Below, piece by piece: positions 19,490 to 29,159 of a stretch of DNA of 41,484 nt; the stretch's first letter is position 1; the number at the start of each line of letters is the position of its first letter. The DNA lies in NCBI GenBank assembly GCA_001275005.1, contig JWZX01002746.1:1-41484 (forward strand), read 5' to 3'. Origin of the DNA: Chrysochromulina tobinii. Its lineage: Eukaryota. The position numbers and the translations under genes were made by a program. The notes beneath the pieces are model-generated. The model saw nothing but the letters and a program-made list of their open reading frames with translations, did no database searches and was not told the DNA's origin.

Positions 19490-21430
19490 TCACTCCTCGC
19501 CGCGAGCCTTCCTCTCATGCGCATCCTGCATCTCCTGGGCCACCTTTTGCCCCACTGCCTCGACGTGCTTGGCAAAGTCGATGGTCTTCAGCGCGTCGGC
19601 CGAGCCGTACATCTGAAAGACACGGCCCAGGACCACGAGCCCACGCGCACGGTTCTTTCGGCCTTCCTTATCTGTCGACTTGTCGGCAAGGACCTTGTTG
19701 CACACGTGGCGTAGGGTCGACTCGATGTCGAGCAGACTCACTCGCCACATGGACTCGAGCATCAGGAACATCGTGTCCTCCGATGGGTTGCCATCCGGGA
19801 CCGACGCCTCACCCTCTCCCTCGCCGGCAGCCGACGCGCCGCCTTCGGCGCCGTTGGTGCCGCCGCTCGCGCCGCTGCCGCCGCCGCCGCCCTCGCTGCC
19901 GTTGATGGCGATGAGATTGGCCGGCTTCACCTTGATGCACTCACCGTCGCGGTCGATCGCGACCATGTAACGACCCACGCCCTCATCGAACGTCCCTGCG
20001 ACGCCCTCGCACCCATTCAGGTCGGCTCGCGCCGTGAGGCCCTCGATGCGCACCCGCTTGCCGTAGAGGGCACCAGGAGGCAAATCGGCACCAGTCGGCG
20101 GCGCCTCGCTGCTGCTGCTGCTGGGGCTGGGGCTGGGGCTGGTGCTGCTGGTGCCCGGGGCGGGGCTCCCGGCGCTGCTCGTCGCGGGCTTCTTCTTCTC
20201 TTTGGGTTTCTCTCCCTTGATATCCTTACGGTAGGCACGGTACGTCTTGATGGCGGCGCCGGCGACGCGCATCTGCGAGGCAGCGGTGTGGATCGTCTGC
20301 TGAAAGCCCGAGCCGACCGCGTCGATCCCGCCGAGGGCCTGCAGTCCCTTGTGCTCGTAGATGTAACCACATGTCCAAATTAGGGCATCGCCTACCGGCG
20401 CGTTGATGAGCACCTTTGCATGCTGATGCATCTCGGCCTCGAACTCGGCCTCATCGCCGTAGCAGAACTGCTGGAGCAGCCCCTTGAGGTTGAGCGCGCA
20501 CGTCACCTCGCGCCGCTTTTGCTTGTAGCTCATGTAGGCCTCGTCCATCTCACCGCCGTTGGCGAAGATGGTGGCGAGCTTCAGCTCACCGATCAGATAC
20601 TCGAAGGGCTCGGAGCCGAAGAGCATGGCGAAAAAGTGGGTCGGATCGACCATGGTCGAGGTGTCAAGGGCGGCCTTGCCCGACGCGTCGTACTTGGCGC
20701 GCATCTCCTCGTTGGAGAGAATTTGGTACGCCTCGCCTACCTTTTGGAACTTGGCGTGCGCGTTCGGGTCGCTCGTGTTCTTGTCCGGATGCAGCTCCCT
20801 GGCCTTGACGAAGTACGCCTTGCGGATGACGGCGGCGCTCGCGCTGCTCTCGACGCCCAGGACGTCGTACAGCTCCGTCTCCTTGACCTGCCCGCCGCGG
20901 GCCGAGGACGACTCCTTGTCGCCCGCTCGCTTGATCCCGTTCCGCTTGCAGTACTCGTCCTCACTGAGCGCGAGGACCTCCCGGGCCTCCTCATTCAGGT
21001 CGAAGACGACCCACTTGCGCGTGTCCTCGTCCCAGACCTTGCCCGCGTTGCTCTCCGCGAGCGCCTCGGGCGTGTTCCACACTCCACGTCCGAGCTGCAC
21101 CGCACCGACGACCACGCCGGCCACCGGCAGTGCGACCGCGCCTGCGACGCCGGCCGCGAGCCCGCCAAAGAAACCCTTGACACCGTTCTCGCGCGCGCCG
21201 ATGATGGGCGCCGCGACTAGTCCGGTGACGCCCATGGCGGCACCTTTGAGTACGCTCTTTGCAGCGGACGCCGCCCCCGCCTGCACATTCCGCGGCCGGC
21301 GCGTCGAGAAGAGGGTCGGCATGTCATTTTCCGAGGGGCCGCCATCAGTGCCTTCACCCTGCACCACTAACGCCTGGGAGCCGCTCCAGGCGGCCTGGGC
21401 AGCTGGCGACGCCGGCGTAGGTTCGGCCAT
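19490..21430 (-). CDS. J-domain chaperone with DnaJ-X domain (DnaJ10/CAJ1-like), N-terminal Gly-rich amphipathic segment and inserted SH3-like barrel
   Basis: VKETELYDVLGV...IRKAYFVKARELHPDKN...FQKVGEAYQILS (J domain with HPD), FGSEPFEYLIGEL, and LLDIESTLRHVCNKVLAD...RARGLVVLGRVF (X domain). First good ATG at 21430. Confidence 0.9.
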   Translation of the reverse strand: MAEPTPASPAAQAAWSGSQALVVQGEGTDGGPSENDMPTLFSTRRPRNVQAGAASAAKSVLKGAAMGVTGLVAAPIIGARENGVKGFFGGLAAGVAGAVALPVAGVVVGAVQLGRGVWNTPEALAESNAGKVWDEDTRKWVVFDLNEEAREVLALSEDEYCKRNGIKRAGDKESSSARGGQVKETELYDVLGVESSASAAVIRKAYFVKARELHPDKNTSDPNAHAKFQKVGEAYQILSNEEMRAKYDASGKAALDTSTMVDPTHFFAMLFGSEPFEYLIGELKLATIFANGGEMDEAYMSYKQKRREVTCALNLKGLLQQFCYGDEAEFEAEMHQHAKVLINAPVGDALIWTCGYIYEHKGLQALGGIDAVGSGFQQTIHTAASQMRVAGAAIKTYRAYRKDIKGEKPKEKKKPATSSAGSPAPGTSSTSPSPSPSSSSSEAPPTGADLPPGALYGKRVRIEGLTARADLNGCEGVAGTFDEGVGRYMVAIDRDGECIKVKPANLIAINGSEGGGGGSGASGGTNGAEGGASAAGEGEGEASVPDGNPSEDTMFLMLESMWRVSLLDIESTLRHVCNKVLADKSTDKEGRKNRARGLVVLGRVFQMYGSADALKTIDFAKHVEAVGQKVAQEMQDAHERKARGEE

Positions 21431-21572
21431 GAATCGATTTGCGTTCGGAATCCAGAAAAAAGGGTGTGTCTGTGAAGATACAAGCAAGCAGAGGAGGAAG
21501 TACGACTACGCTTGCTTGCTTGCTTGTGAAGATACGAAAGACATGATGAAAAGTTAGGAACGCGCACCGTCG

Positions 21573-22514
21573 TCACCTAGATTTCTTCGCAAGCGCGCCG
21601 AGGAGCAGCCCCGCGATGAAAGCCCCCGCCACCGCCAACTTCCATGCCAGTCCCAGTGCTGGACGTGCCGAGAGATAGATCATCGGTCGCCGATCACGCA
21701 GCTGCTCACCACCCTGTCCCGCCGCCCCGCCGCCCCGCCGCACGTCCTCGATCGCCTCGGCAAGGAAGAGGCCCCGATCGGAAGCCGCGAGGATGAGGAG
21801 AAGTTCGCCCACCGCTGATGCAACCACCGACTGGCCGTTGAAGTGCACGCCGTCCTCGTTCTTGTGTTCCGCCCAGTTGGCGTACACCACACAGAGGTGG
21901 TTTTCATAGGCGCGCACGCGGATAATGGGCTCGTTTGCAAACGAGTACGGGAAGAAGTTGGCGGTCGGCGTGATGACGAGCGATGCGCCGGCCAAAGCAC
22001 ACGAACGCACCGCCTCCGGAAATTCGACGTCATAGCAGACGAGCAGGCAGCACCTGACGCCGTTGCAGAGTGTGAAGACCTCGGCCAGACGACGGCCCGG
22101 CGTGAAGGCGGCCTGCTCGGCTGCGCCAAAGAGGTGTGTCTTACGGTAGATCGATTTCACTGTGCCGCACGAGTCGATGGCAAGCGCCGAGTTGTAGCAG
22201 TGGCCATCGTCGCCCTTCTCATAGAAGCCGAGGACGATCGCGAGAGCATTCTCGCGCGCAATGCGGCAGCACTCCGCAATCTCGGTCGCTTCCGGTCGCA
22301 GCGCGCACGTGCGTGCCATCTCCGAGAGCAGCCGGTAGCCACCGAGAAAGAGCTCGGGCAGGACGAGCAGATCAGCATTGCTATCTGCAGCAGTTCTGGC
22401 GGCCGTCTCGAGAGCGTCGAGCGCCCACGCAGCGCCTCGCACGCTGGCGGCGGGCGGGGGCACGTCTTGCCAGAGCGCGATGGAGAGGGTTGCACCCTCT
22501 TGGGTCACCCTCAT
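21573..22514 (-). CDS. Carbon-nitrogen hydrolase (nitrilase superfamily, bacterial R-amidase-like) with C-terminal hydrophobic tail
   Basis: Catalytic triad E (LVLPELFLGGY), K (YRKTHLFG) and C (VCYDVEFPE), plus RAYEN and RDRRP motifs. Start taken at ATG 22514; the frame stays open to 22667. Confidence 0.9.
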   Translation of the reverse strand: MRVTQEGATLSIALWQDVPPPAASVRGAAWALDALETAARTAADSNADLLVLPELFLGGYRLLSEMARTCALRPEATEIAECCRIARENALAIVLGFYEKGDDGHCYNSALAIDSCGTVKSIYRKTHLFGAAEQAAFTPGRRLAEVFTLCNGVRCCLLVCYDVEFPEAVRSCALAGASLVITPTANFFPYSFANEPIIRVRAYENHLCVVYANWAEHKNEDGVHFNGQSVVASAVGELLLILAASDRGLFLAEAIEDVRRGGGAAGQGGEQLRDRRPMIYLSARPALGLAWKLAVAGAFIAGLLLGALAKKSR

Positions 22515-23540
22515 GCGCTGCAAAACCGACCCCCCCGTCGGCGCCGACTGTGGGTGCAGCAGGCGCGGTGGCGGCAGCGGCGGCGTCGGCAACTGGCGTG
22601 GCGGGGGCGGTGCTGAAGATGTAAGGCGCGACGTCGACGACGTCCTTGTGCTCCACATCCTCGACATCTTCCGAGGGACCGAGCCCGGGACTATCGACGG
22701 TCTCTAATGTACAAACCGTGCTTTCCAAATTAGGAAACGACCGCTCGCGAGGGGAAACACGCCGCCATCTCCACCCGCACCTGACCTCGACGTTAGGCAC
22801 GCCCATCCCCCGCCGCGTCCGCGTGCACGCCGTCCATTTCCATGTCGCAGGCACCCGGCGAGCAAGCACCGGAAGCAGCCGCGCCGGGCACCCGGGCTGG
22901 CCAAGGGGCTGGCATTGCGGGCAGGCGTGCCCGGCCGGGGCGTGCGCGGTGTCAAGTCAAGTCCACTGCTACATGTACCCTCGAGAGGCTTCCCTCGATA
23001 GGCTTCCCTTGAGGCTTCCTATAATAGGTTGGAGCTCGTTGTCTGTTGTTTATGAAGTGACTCTTGACTGACGTTTCGGATATTCGGAACACCGAACACG
23101 GCGAAACGGCGCCGCGCACCAAAAGCCACTTTTCTTATAGTGCCTGTGTGAAGAAACGCCGTGGCGGGCGGGCGTCGAGTCCCTGCGTCGAGTAAACACC
23201 TCTCCTCTCCATCATTGCTCTCCATATCAAGCGTGAAGAGAAGCAGCGCCAAACAGAGTTGCTGTGGGGAAGGAGAGATGTTTGCTTCCTTGGTTTGCTT
23301 ATCAAGTCAATCATGACGGGGCAGTAACGAGGGTCATGTGTAATATGTGTTCAAGGTATGTGTTAACGTTCACGGGGAGAACATTGTGCGAGGGCATGTA
23401 AGGTGTGTGTATTCTGAGCGGGCAGTAACAGTGCCGTAGCAGTGCCGTACCGGTAGCACCGGTTGTCGCGTCGAACGTGTGACATGGTGTGAACGTTCAC
23501 AAAGTCACGTGCCTCGGCAGACGCGAACACGCGATCAAGG

Positions 23541-25664
23541 ATGAGCATGAAGCACGACGATGACAGCGACGCCGACGACGACAGTGCCTACGGCTTGTCG
23601 ACATGTGAAATATCCTCCGTGCTGGTGAGGACGAAGTGGCTGGCTCACCGATTTTTCGATGCATGCGATTCCGACCGGGCGTTCAAGGCGAATGCACACG
23701 CACTGGCAATCGTTCCGCCATTGACAATGTCCGCCATTGGGACGTTCGACGTGGAGCTTCTGGGCACTCCTGGGCTACGCCTACTCATAGTAACGGCGGG
23801 CTTCTCTGAAGAGGACCTCTTCGACCCGGAAGCCCTCGTTGACCGTGCTTCCATGGCGATGGAGAACATGCATCTTCCTGGAAGCATAGACCACGACCGG
23901 CAGGCATGGGAGCTCAAGCGCGCCCTAAGTATGGTGGCGGTCGTGGCATCGGGGAGGAGACACGAGTTGCACGACGAGCTGCAGCCGACAAGCCAACATC
24001 TGGCGTGCGCCCGCAGCAGCCTCGGGCCCACGGAGCAAGGACGTGCTCGCATAACAGCTGGCCTGCGATTCTTGCGCTGTGCGTACACGTGGCTGAGAAG
24101 GGGGGGCATCGAGCCCGAGCCTGCGCCGGAGATCGGCTTCAACGAGACACACCTTGTTATGGAGCACGAGGTTCAGGATGCACACGATGTGGCTGTGACA
24201 AGCATGCTCCTTCGCACCTGTGACATGAGCAAGCTGCAAGATTTGATGTCCATGGCCGAGATGATGGCCGAGAGGTCAATGGCCGATAGGATATCCATAC
24301 CCAAGAGCACCGCGTCCGCAGTTGCAAGTGAGGCCACACCCTGGCTCTACCTCGTCCAAGCCCTCCTCACGATCATTCAGCCTCCCCCAGCGTTCTACTT
24401 CAAATCCGGTTGGCAGCTTCCCGTTCTCTCAATAGACGATTTGTTCGATCTGGAGCTGCTCAAGGGCCGTGCGCGGGAGGCAGTCGCGAAGCGATGCGAC
24501 GATGCGGCTCCCTTCCCGATGCGAAGCCTGGACGATCGAGCACCACTCATCAGCCTCCTCCACATCGAAACAATCGCGGCCGCAATTCTCGACCACGTTG
24601 ACCCTCGCGAGCACTTTGCCTTCAAGATGACGTGCCGACGTTTCCGCGCCGCACAAATGAGCACCTGGACTCCGCCCGGGCGGGGCAGTAGCCCGCCTGA
24701 GCGGGGCAGTAACCTGACTACAAGGACCTCATTTGGCCTATTTGTCGAGCGCGACCGGCCGGAGCTGATGGAGTGGGCCATCTCTGTAGGCGCTCCCTGG
24801 CCTACTGGTGGAGTGCGCTTGAGGCTCAAACTCAATTACAAGAACGTGAGCACCGATCTGACCGAGCTGAACTCACCACGTTGGCATCTCTTCACAGAGC
24901 TGAAAATGGAGCGTGAGTTGACCACGCCAACGAATGCGTTGACTGGAATGAACTCTGCATGGACTGGGGCGAGGCGGCGGATCGTAAGTCTCTGCGCTGC
25001 GGCAGGTAGCCTTGCTATGCTTCGCTGGGCGCGGTCGCTGCCTGTGCCGTGCCCATGGGACGAGGAGGAATTTTCCTCATGGGACGAGGAGGGATTTCGC
25101 TCCTTGCCCTCGCGCCCCTGCGAGCTAGCGGCGGGCGGGGGACACCTTGCTACGCTCGAGTGGTTGAGAGAGCAGGTCCCGCCACTGCCTTGGGGTAACA
25201 CTCTCGCAGCGGCTGCAAGTGGCGGGCACGAGCGTGTGTTTGAGTGGGCGCTTGCCGCCGGAGCAGGCAACATCCGCAACCAAAGTGTGGTACTTGCGGC
25301 CGCTCGAGGAGGCAGCTTCCCGATCCTACAACATGTGTGGGCAGCAGGTGGTCAAGAGATCGTCCTCGCGGATTTCCGACTTTTGGTCTCCATCGTGAAG
25401 TATCTGGACGCTTCCACTATCTCATGGCTTTTCGAGGAGGTGCTCCCTCCCCACAAGTGGCCAGCCGCTGAAAGGGACCACTTTGGTTGGGTCGCCTCGA
25501 TCTGGTCGGGCGCGGCTGCGCGTGGTAGGCTCTCCGTGCTCCAGACACTCCACGAGATCGGATTCGTCAAGCCTTCAGAGGGCATGCACAGTCACATCCT
25601 CCTCCACGCCTCGAATGGCACGATCAACCATGTCCCTGAATATCTCAGGCCTACACCTGCATAG
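23541..25664 (+). CDS. F-box-like / degenerate ankyrin-repeat protein, 5' part
   Basis: F-box-like LLHIETIAAAILDHVD...FKMTCRRFRAA. Repeats CAAAGSLAMLRWAR..CPWDE, CELAAGGGHLATLEWLR, AAASGGHERVFEWAL and AAARGRLSVLQTLHE, typical of algal and giant-virus ankyrin-like proteins. Confidence 0.75.
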   Translation: MSMKHDDDSDADDDSAYGLSTCEISSVLVRTKWLAHRFFDACDSDRAFKANAHALAIVPPLTMSAIGTFDVELLGTPGLRLLIVTAGFSEEDLFDPEALVDRASMAMENMHLPGSIDHDRQAWELKRALSMVAVVASGRRHELHDELQPTSQHLACARSSLGPTEQGRARITAGLRFLRCAYTWLRRGGIEPEPAPEIGFNETHLVMEHEVQDAHDVAVTSMLLRTCDMSKLQDLMSMAEMMAERSMADRISIPKSTASAVASEATPWLYLVQALLTIIQPPPAFYFKSGWQLPVLSIDDLFDLELLKGRAREAVAKRCDDAAPFPMRSLDDRAPLISLLHIETIAAAILDHVDPREHFAFKMTCRRFRAAQMSTWTPPGRGSSPPERGSNLTTRTSFGLFVERDRPELMEWAISVGAPWPTGGVRLRLKLNYKNVSTDLTELNSPRWHLFTELKMERELTTPTNALTGMNSAWTGARRRIVSLCAAAGSLAMLRWARSLPVPCPWDEEEFSSWDEEGFRSLPSRPCELAAGGGHLATLEWLREQVPPLPWGNTLAAAASGGHERVFEWALAAGAGNIRNQSVVLAAARGGSFPILQHVWAAGGQEIVLADFRLLVSIVKYLDASTISWLFEEVLPPHKWPAAERDHFGWVASIWSGAAARGRLSVLQTLHEIGFVKPSEGMHSHILLHASNGTINHVPEYLRPTPA

Positions 25665-26640
25665 CACGCTTTGCAGCCGCTTCGAGACGTCGCGGAAGTT
25701 TGGAACCACGCTGAATGGAAAGCGAGCTCGCCGCGAGGACGCGGCGGCGGCGGAGGCGCTTGAATGGCTCCATGCGCACTTGGGGCTCGCCCGCACCCCC
25801 GACACCCATTTGGCGGGGACCGAGGCCAGCCTCCTCGCTGCTGCCAAAGGGAGCCTGCGCTGCCTGCAATGGCTGCACGCGATGGGCTGGGTGGTCGACG
25901 CGCGTGTTGGATGTGTGGCGGCATCCCGCGGGAGAGTCGAAATGCTTGAGTGGCTTGATCATGTGGGCTGCCCTTTCGACGAGCGCACGTGGCACATCGC
26001 AAGCCAACGTGCGAGGAAGTGGCTGGAGGCGCACGGCTGCTGCTACGCCGCAGATGCGGACCGCGAGGGCATCGAGAAGAGCCTTGTCGACCATGCGCAG
26101 AACGACGATCTGAGGAACTATGTCCTTGAAGCCATCCCGCGGCTGGCGACGGCGCAGTTTGGTGACCAGGCGATGGCGCCGGGGGGTCGTATTGGATTGC
26201 TACGGTGGGCAAGGGATGAGCTGTGGTTCACGGTGACTGAGAAGTTGATGGATTTGACACGCCGCGACGGTGACCCCAGCATTGAGCGTATTAATTATGG
26301 CGGGAACCAGCCACCGTGGCCCTCCACACTCCCGCGGAGGTTGGCGCCTCTCGCTATGATTGACGAAGCAGTTTCGCACACCCTGGCCATGTGGGCATGC
26401 ATTGGTGACGCCCTCGATAAGGCGACAAAAGCGGCGGGCGTCGAACTCGGTCCACATTTCGACGAGGTGCGTTCCATGTTGGCCCGGGTAGAGGGTGTGG
26501 GTTCCCGGAGTGGGGGGCACCTTGAAATGGGCAACCCGACAGAGTTTGCGGGCTCAATGAGGTTGAGGCGCGCAACTGTTGTCGCTCTGCAGTGGTGGGC
26601 ACGCACAGCAGGTCAGGTACACATACGCAGTCCATGGTAA
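25660..26640 (+). CDS. Ankyrin-like repeat protein, 3' part in a different frame (frameshift or unresolved intron)
   Basis: ORF 25483-26640 continues the same repeat type: AAAKGSLRCLQWLHAMGW, AASRGRVEMLEWLDHVGCPFDE. The 5' boundary is approximate. Confidence 0.6.
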   Translation, partial: HSTLCSRFETSRKFGTTLNGKRARREDAAAAEALEWLHAHLGLARTPDTHLAGTEASLLAAAKGSLRCLQWLHAMGWVVDARVGCVAASRGRVEMLEWLDHVGCPFDERTWHIASQRARKWLEAHGCCYAADADREGIEKSLVDHAQNDDLRNYVLEAIPRLATAQFGDQAMAPGGRIGLLRWARDELWFTVTEKLMDLTRRDGDPSIERINYGGNQPPWPSTLPRRLAPLAMIDEAVSHTLAMWACIGDALDKATKAAGVELGPHFDEVRSMLARVEGVGSRSGGHLEMGNPTEFAGSMRLRRATVVALQWWARTAGQVHIRSPW

Positions 26641-26891
26641 GACCGTTCGTATTTCGTATTGCTATGCGCCGACGCGCGACCGGACGGCCTATTTGGTTCA
26701 TTGCAATCGGTCCAACATTGCCGTTCGGCATAATGGCCGTGCCCACCCTAACCTCCATGCCGATGATCCAACGCTCCGATCTCCCCGCAACCCGACCCCC
26801 CTAGGCCTTCGGCAGCGCGGTGCGCAGGCGACATCCGCCTCGCCCGCGGCTTCTTCCCCCGCGGATCGCCCTCGGCGGCTGGGACAGCTTC

Positions 26892-27034
26892 AAGTTTTGC
26901 GAAAAGGTCAGCTCTGAATACGGAAACGTAAACGACACGCAGTTGTCCAGTCCGGTCTGCGACGCAGACGCACGCCGCACCAGACGAGAGCGGCGCACGT
27001 AATTAAGAACGTAAGTTTTGCGAAAAGGTCAGCT
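26892..27034. repeat. 22-bp perfect direct repeat AAGTTTTGCGAAAAGGTCAGCT (26892-26913 and 27013-27034)
   Basis: Two identical copies separated by 99 bp in the gap between convergent genes. Confidence 0.9.
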
Positions 27035-27071
27035 ATGAGAACGACACACGAACACACAGTTGGTCTTCGGT

Positions 27072-28603
27072 CTACGAACCATTCCTCGACGCCGCACCGC
27101 TGTCCCCGCACTGGAAAGGTGCGCTGGTCTGGCCGACATCGTCGATGATGGTGAACAGGGCGCTCGCCGTGCCCAAGACGGTGAAGACGGGGAGGACGAT
27201 GAAGAGCGAGATGGAGCACAGGACGCGGTCGAGGCGCGAGACCGCGCGCCCACGCTGCCGTGCGGCGCCCAGATAGAAGAGCGCAGGCCATCCAAAGATG
27301 ATCGGCGCCCCATTGAAGCCCCCGATGAGCTCCTGCAAGTCGCCAAAAAAGGGGACCGCATTCGAACAGAGCACGGACCATGCCAGGTAGCCGCTCGTGA
27401 CCAGCAGCCAGCGCAGCCGCACCGCTGGCGTCGTCGGGTGCAACGGCGTCGCGCGGAAGGCCTTCGAGTACAGGAATGCGGTCAACGGCTGCGCGGTCAC
27501 TACATACGCGACGAGAATGTGAAAGGCGAGGCAAGCGCCCACCACGCGCTTGAGTGCCCCGTCCGTGAGTGAATCGGGCAGAAAAGGCGCGACCGCATCG
27601 CCCTGCATCCCGTAGGCGACCGTGGTCGTGAGCGTGTATACCATCGTAATGAACGAGTACGCGACGCGGCACGCTGTGGGGAACCGTCGGCCGTCGATCA
27701 TCTCAGATTGTACCTCGAGGAACATCGAATGGCCTTGGTATGCGAACACCTGCGAACAGGAGGATGACGGGGGGCGGGCCGCGGACCTCTGGGATGAGCA
27801 AGAGGCGGGCACAGGCTGCGGGCCATGCCATGCCATGCCAAATGGAAGCCGGGGGCTCAGCGCATCGTTGAGAGTCATCGAGGGCAGCTTACGAAGCTAG
27901 CGAGGCTGCCGTAAGCGTCGAGAAAGGTACCTCCCCGAGGCATGCCCGTGGTTGTTGTACCGACGCGTGCTGAGCTGTCGCTACTACTACTGCCGCCGCC
28001 AAAGCCGGCGATGATGAGCAGGATGGCGATCAGGATGGCCAAGGTCGAGGGCCAAGTGAGATACGATATGGAGGTCAGCGTCGTCAGCTGCAGCGGCAGC
28101 AGCAGCAGCAGTGCGACGATAGAGGTCCACTGCCACGTGCACAGCACTGCGTCGGCTTGGAACAGGACGCGAAGCGAGTCGGCCGTCCCAATCAGGTAAT
28201 ATGGAAGGAGCATCACCCACCCACTGACGACCATGCATCGCGTGAATAGCCCAAAGCGCCGGCCAGCTATTGCGTAGGCCAGCTCCGCGTACGAAGAGCA
28301 CTTGGGGTGAAAGTCATTGCGCACTCGGGCAAGCAGCACTCCGGCATACGTGGATGCAAAGGCGAAGATGAGAAGCGCGAACGCGGACATCACCCATCCG
28401 AGTCCAGCTGCCGCGTAAGGCATTGAAAGCACGCCGGTGCCCACTACATTACCCACTATCAACGCGCTGGATTGCCACCAGTGCGCGCGCCGCTTGAAGT
28501 GGGTGGTAACTTCAACCAGCGCCCCGTCACGAGTCGACTCGACCGGTGCTAGCTGTGCGCCGAGCTCGGGAAAGGTCAGCACAGGAGCGGCGGCCACGGG
28601 CAT
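27072..28603 (-). CDS. AAAP-family (Aa_trans) amino-acid permease, proline/GABA transporter-like; exons 28603-27893 and 27749-27072 (about 462 aa)
   Basis: WWQSSALIVGNVVGTGVLSMPYAAAGLGW, SYAELA, spliced LASF-VFAYQGHSMFLEVQSEM, VPFFGDLQELIGG, and many TM helices. Intron TTC|GTAAGC...TTCGCAG|GTG (27892-27750, phase 0). Confidence 0.92.
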
Positions 28604-29159
28604 TTTGAAGCTCGACGCGGCGGGGCGAGGGGTACAAGTGCATCTAGACGGGCTGTTTATTCCCTGCACTCTGTCTGTCCTGCGCTGCGGAATTTTGCAG
28701 CGGAATTTCGGAAACGCAAGTTTACCGGTAAGAAGACTTCGGGGCTCCCACACCGAGCGCAAACTTCCCGAGTGGCAACAGCTACCAGATATTTTACAGG
28801 AAATGTGTACGGTGCACGCGCGAGTCCGTAACAGAGTCGCCAGTCGGACGCTCTCGCCTCTCGGACTCGGACCCGGGTCGGCTGGCCCATGCTGGCCTTG
28901 TCGATCTCGTCCGTGTGTGTGAACTGTGTGTGTCCCGGCGCCCAATTGCCGGCTCCCCCTGTGTTTTCTAAGTTTGAGAACGTGTGTTGCCCTGTTGGTA
29001 CCCTGTTGGATATTTGTTGTGGACACTGCTCCAAAAACCGTGCGCGCACATAAGCCTTAGAGTGTGTTGTGGTTATTAGATCATCTCTATTAGATTGGCT
29101 CAAGAAAGACACACAATATACAACACAAACCTAGCACTACGTACGACATCACGAATGTG

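Noticed and set aside
22381..22869. Acidic/Ala-rich minus-strand frame upstream of the amidase (EDVEDVEHKDVVDVAP...)
   Set aside because: It looks partly coding but has no clear start, splice path or family. It may be a gene remnant; I cannot support it as a feature.
28604..29026. N-terminal 141 codons of ORF 27875-29026
   Set aside because: Promoter-like composition with no transporter similarity. The real start is more likely ATG 28603.
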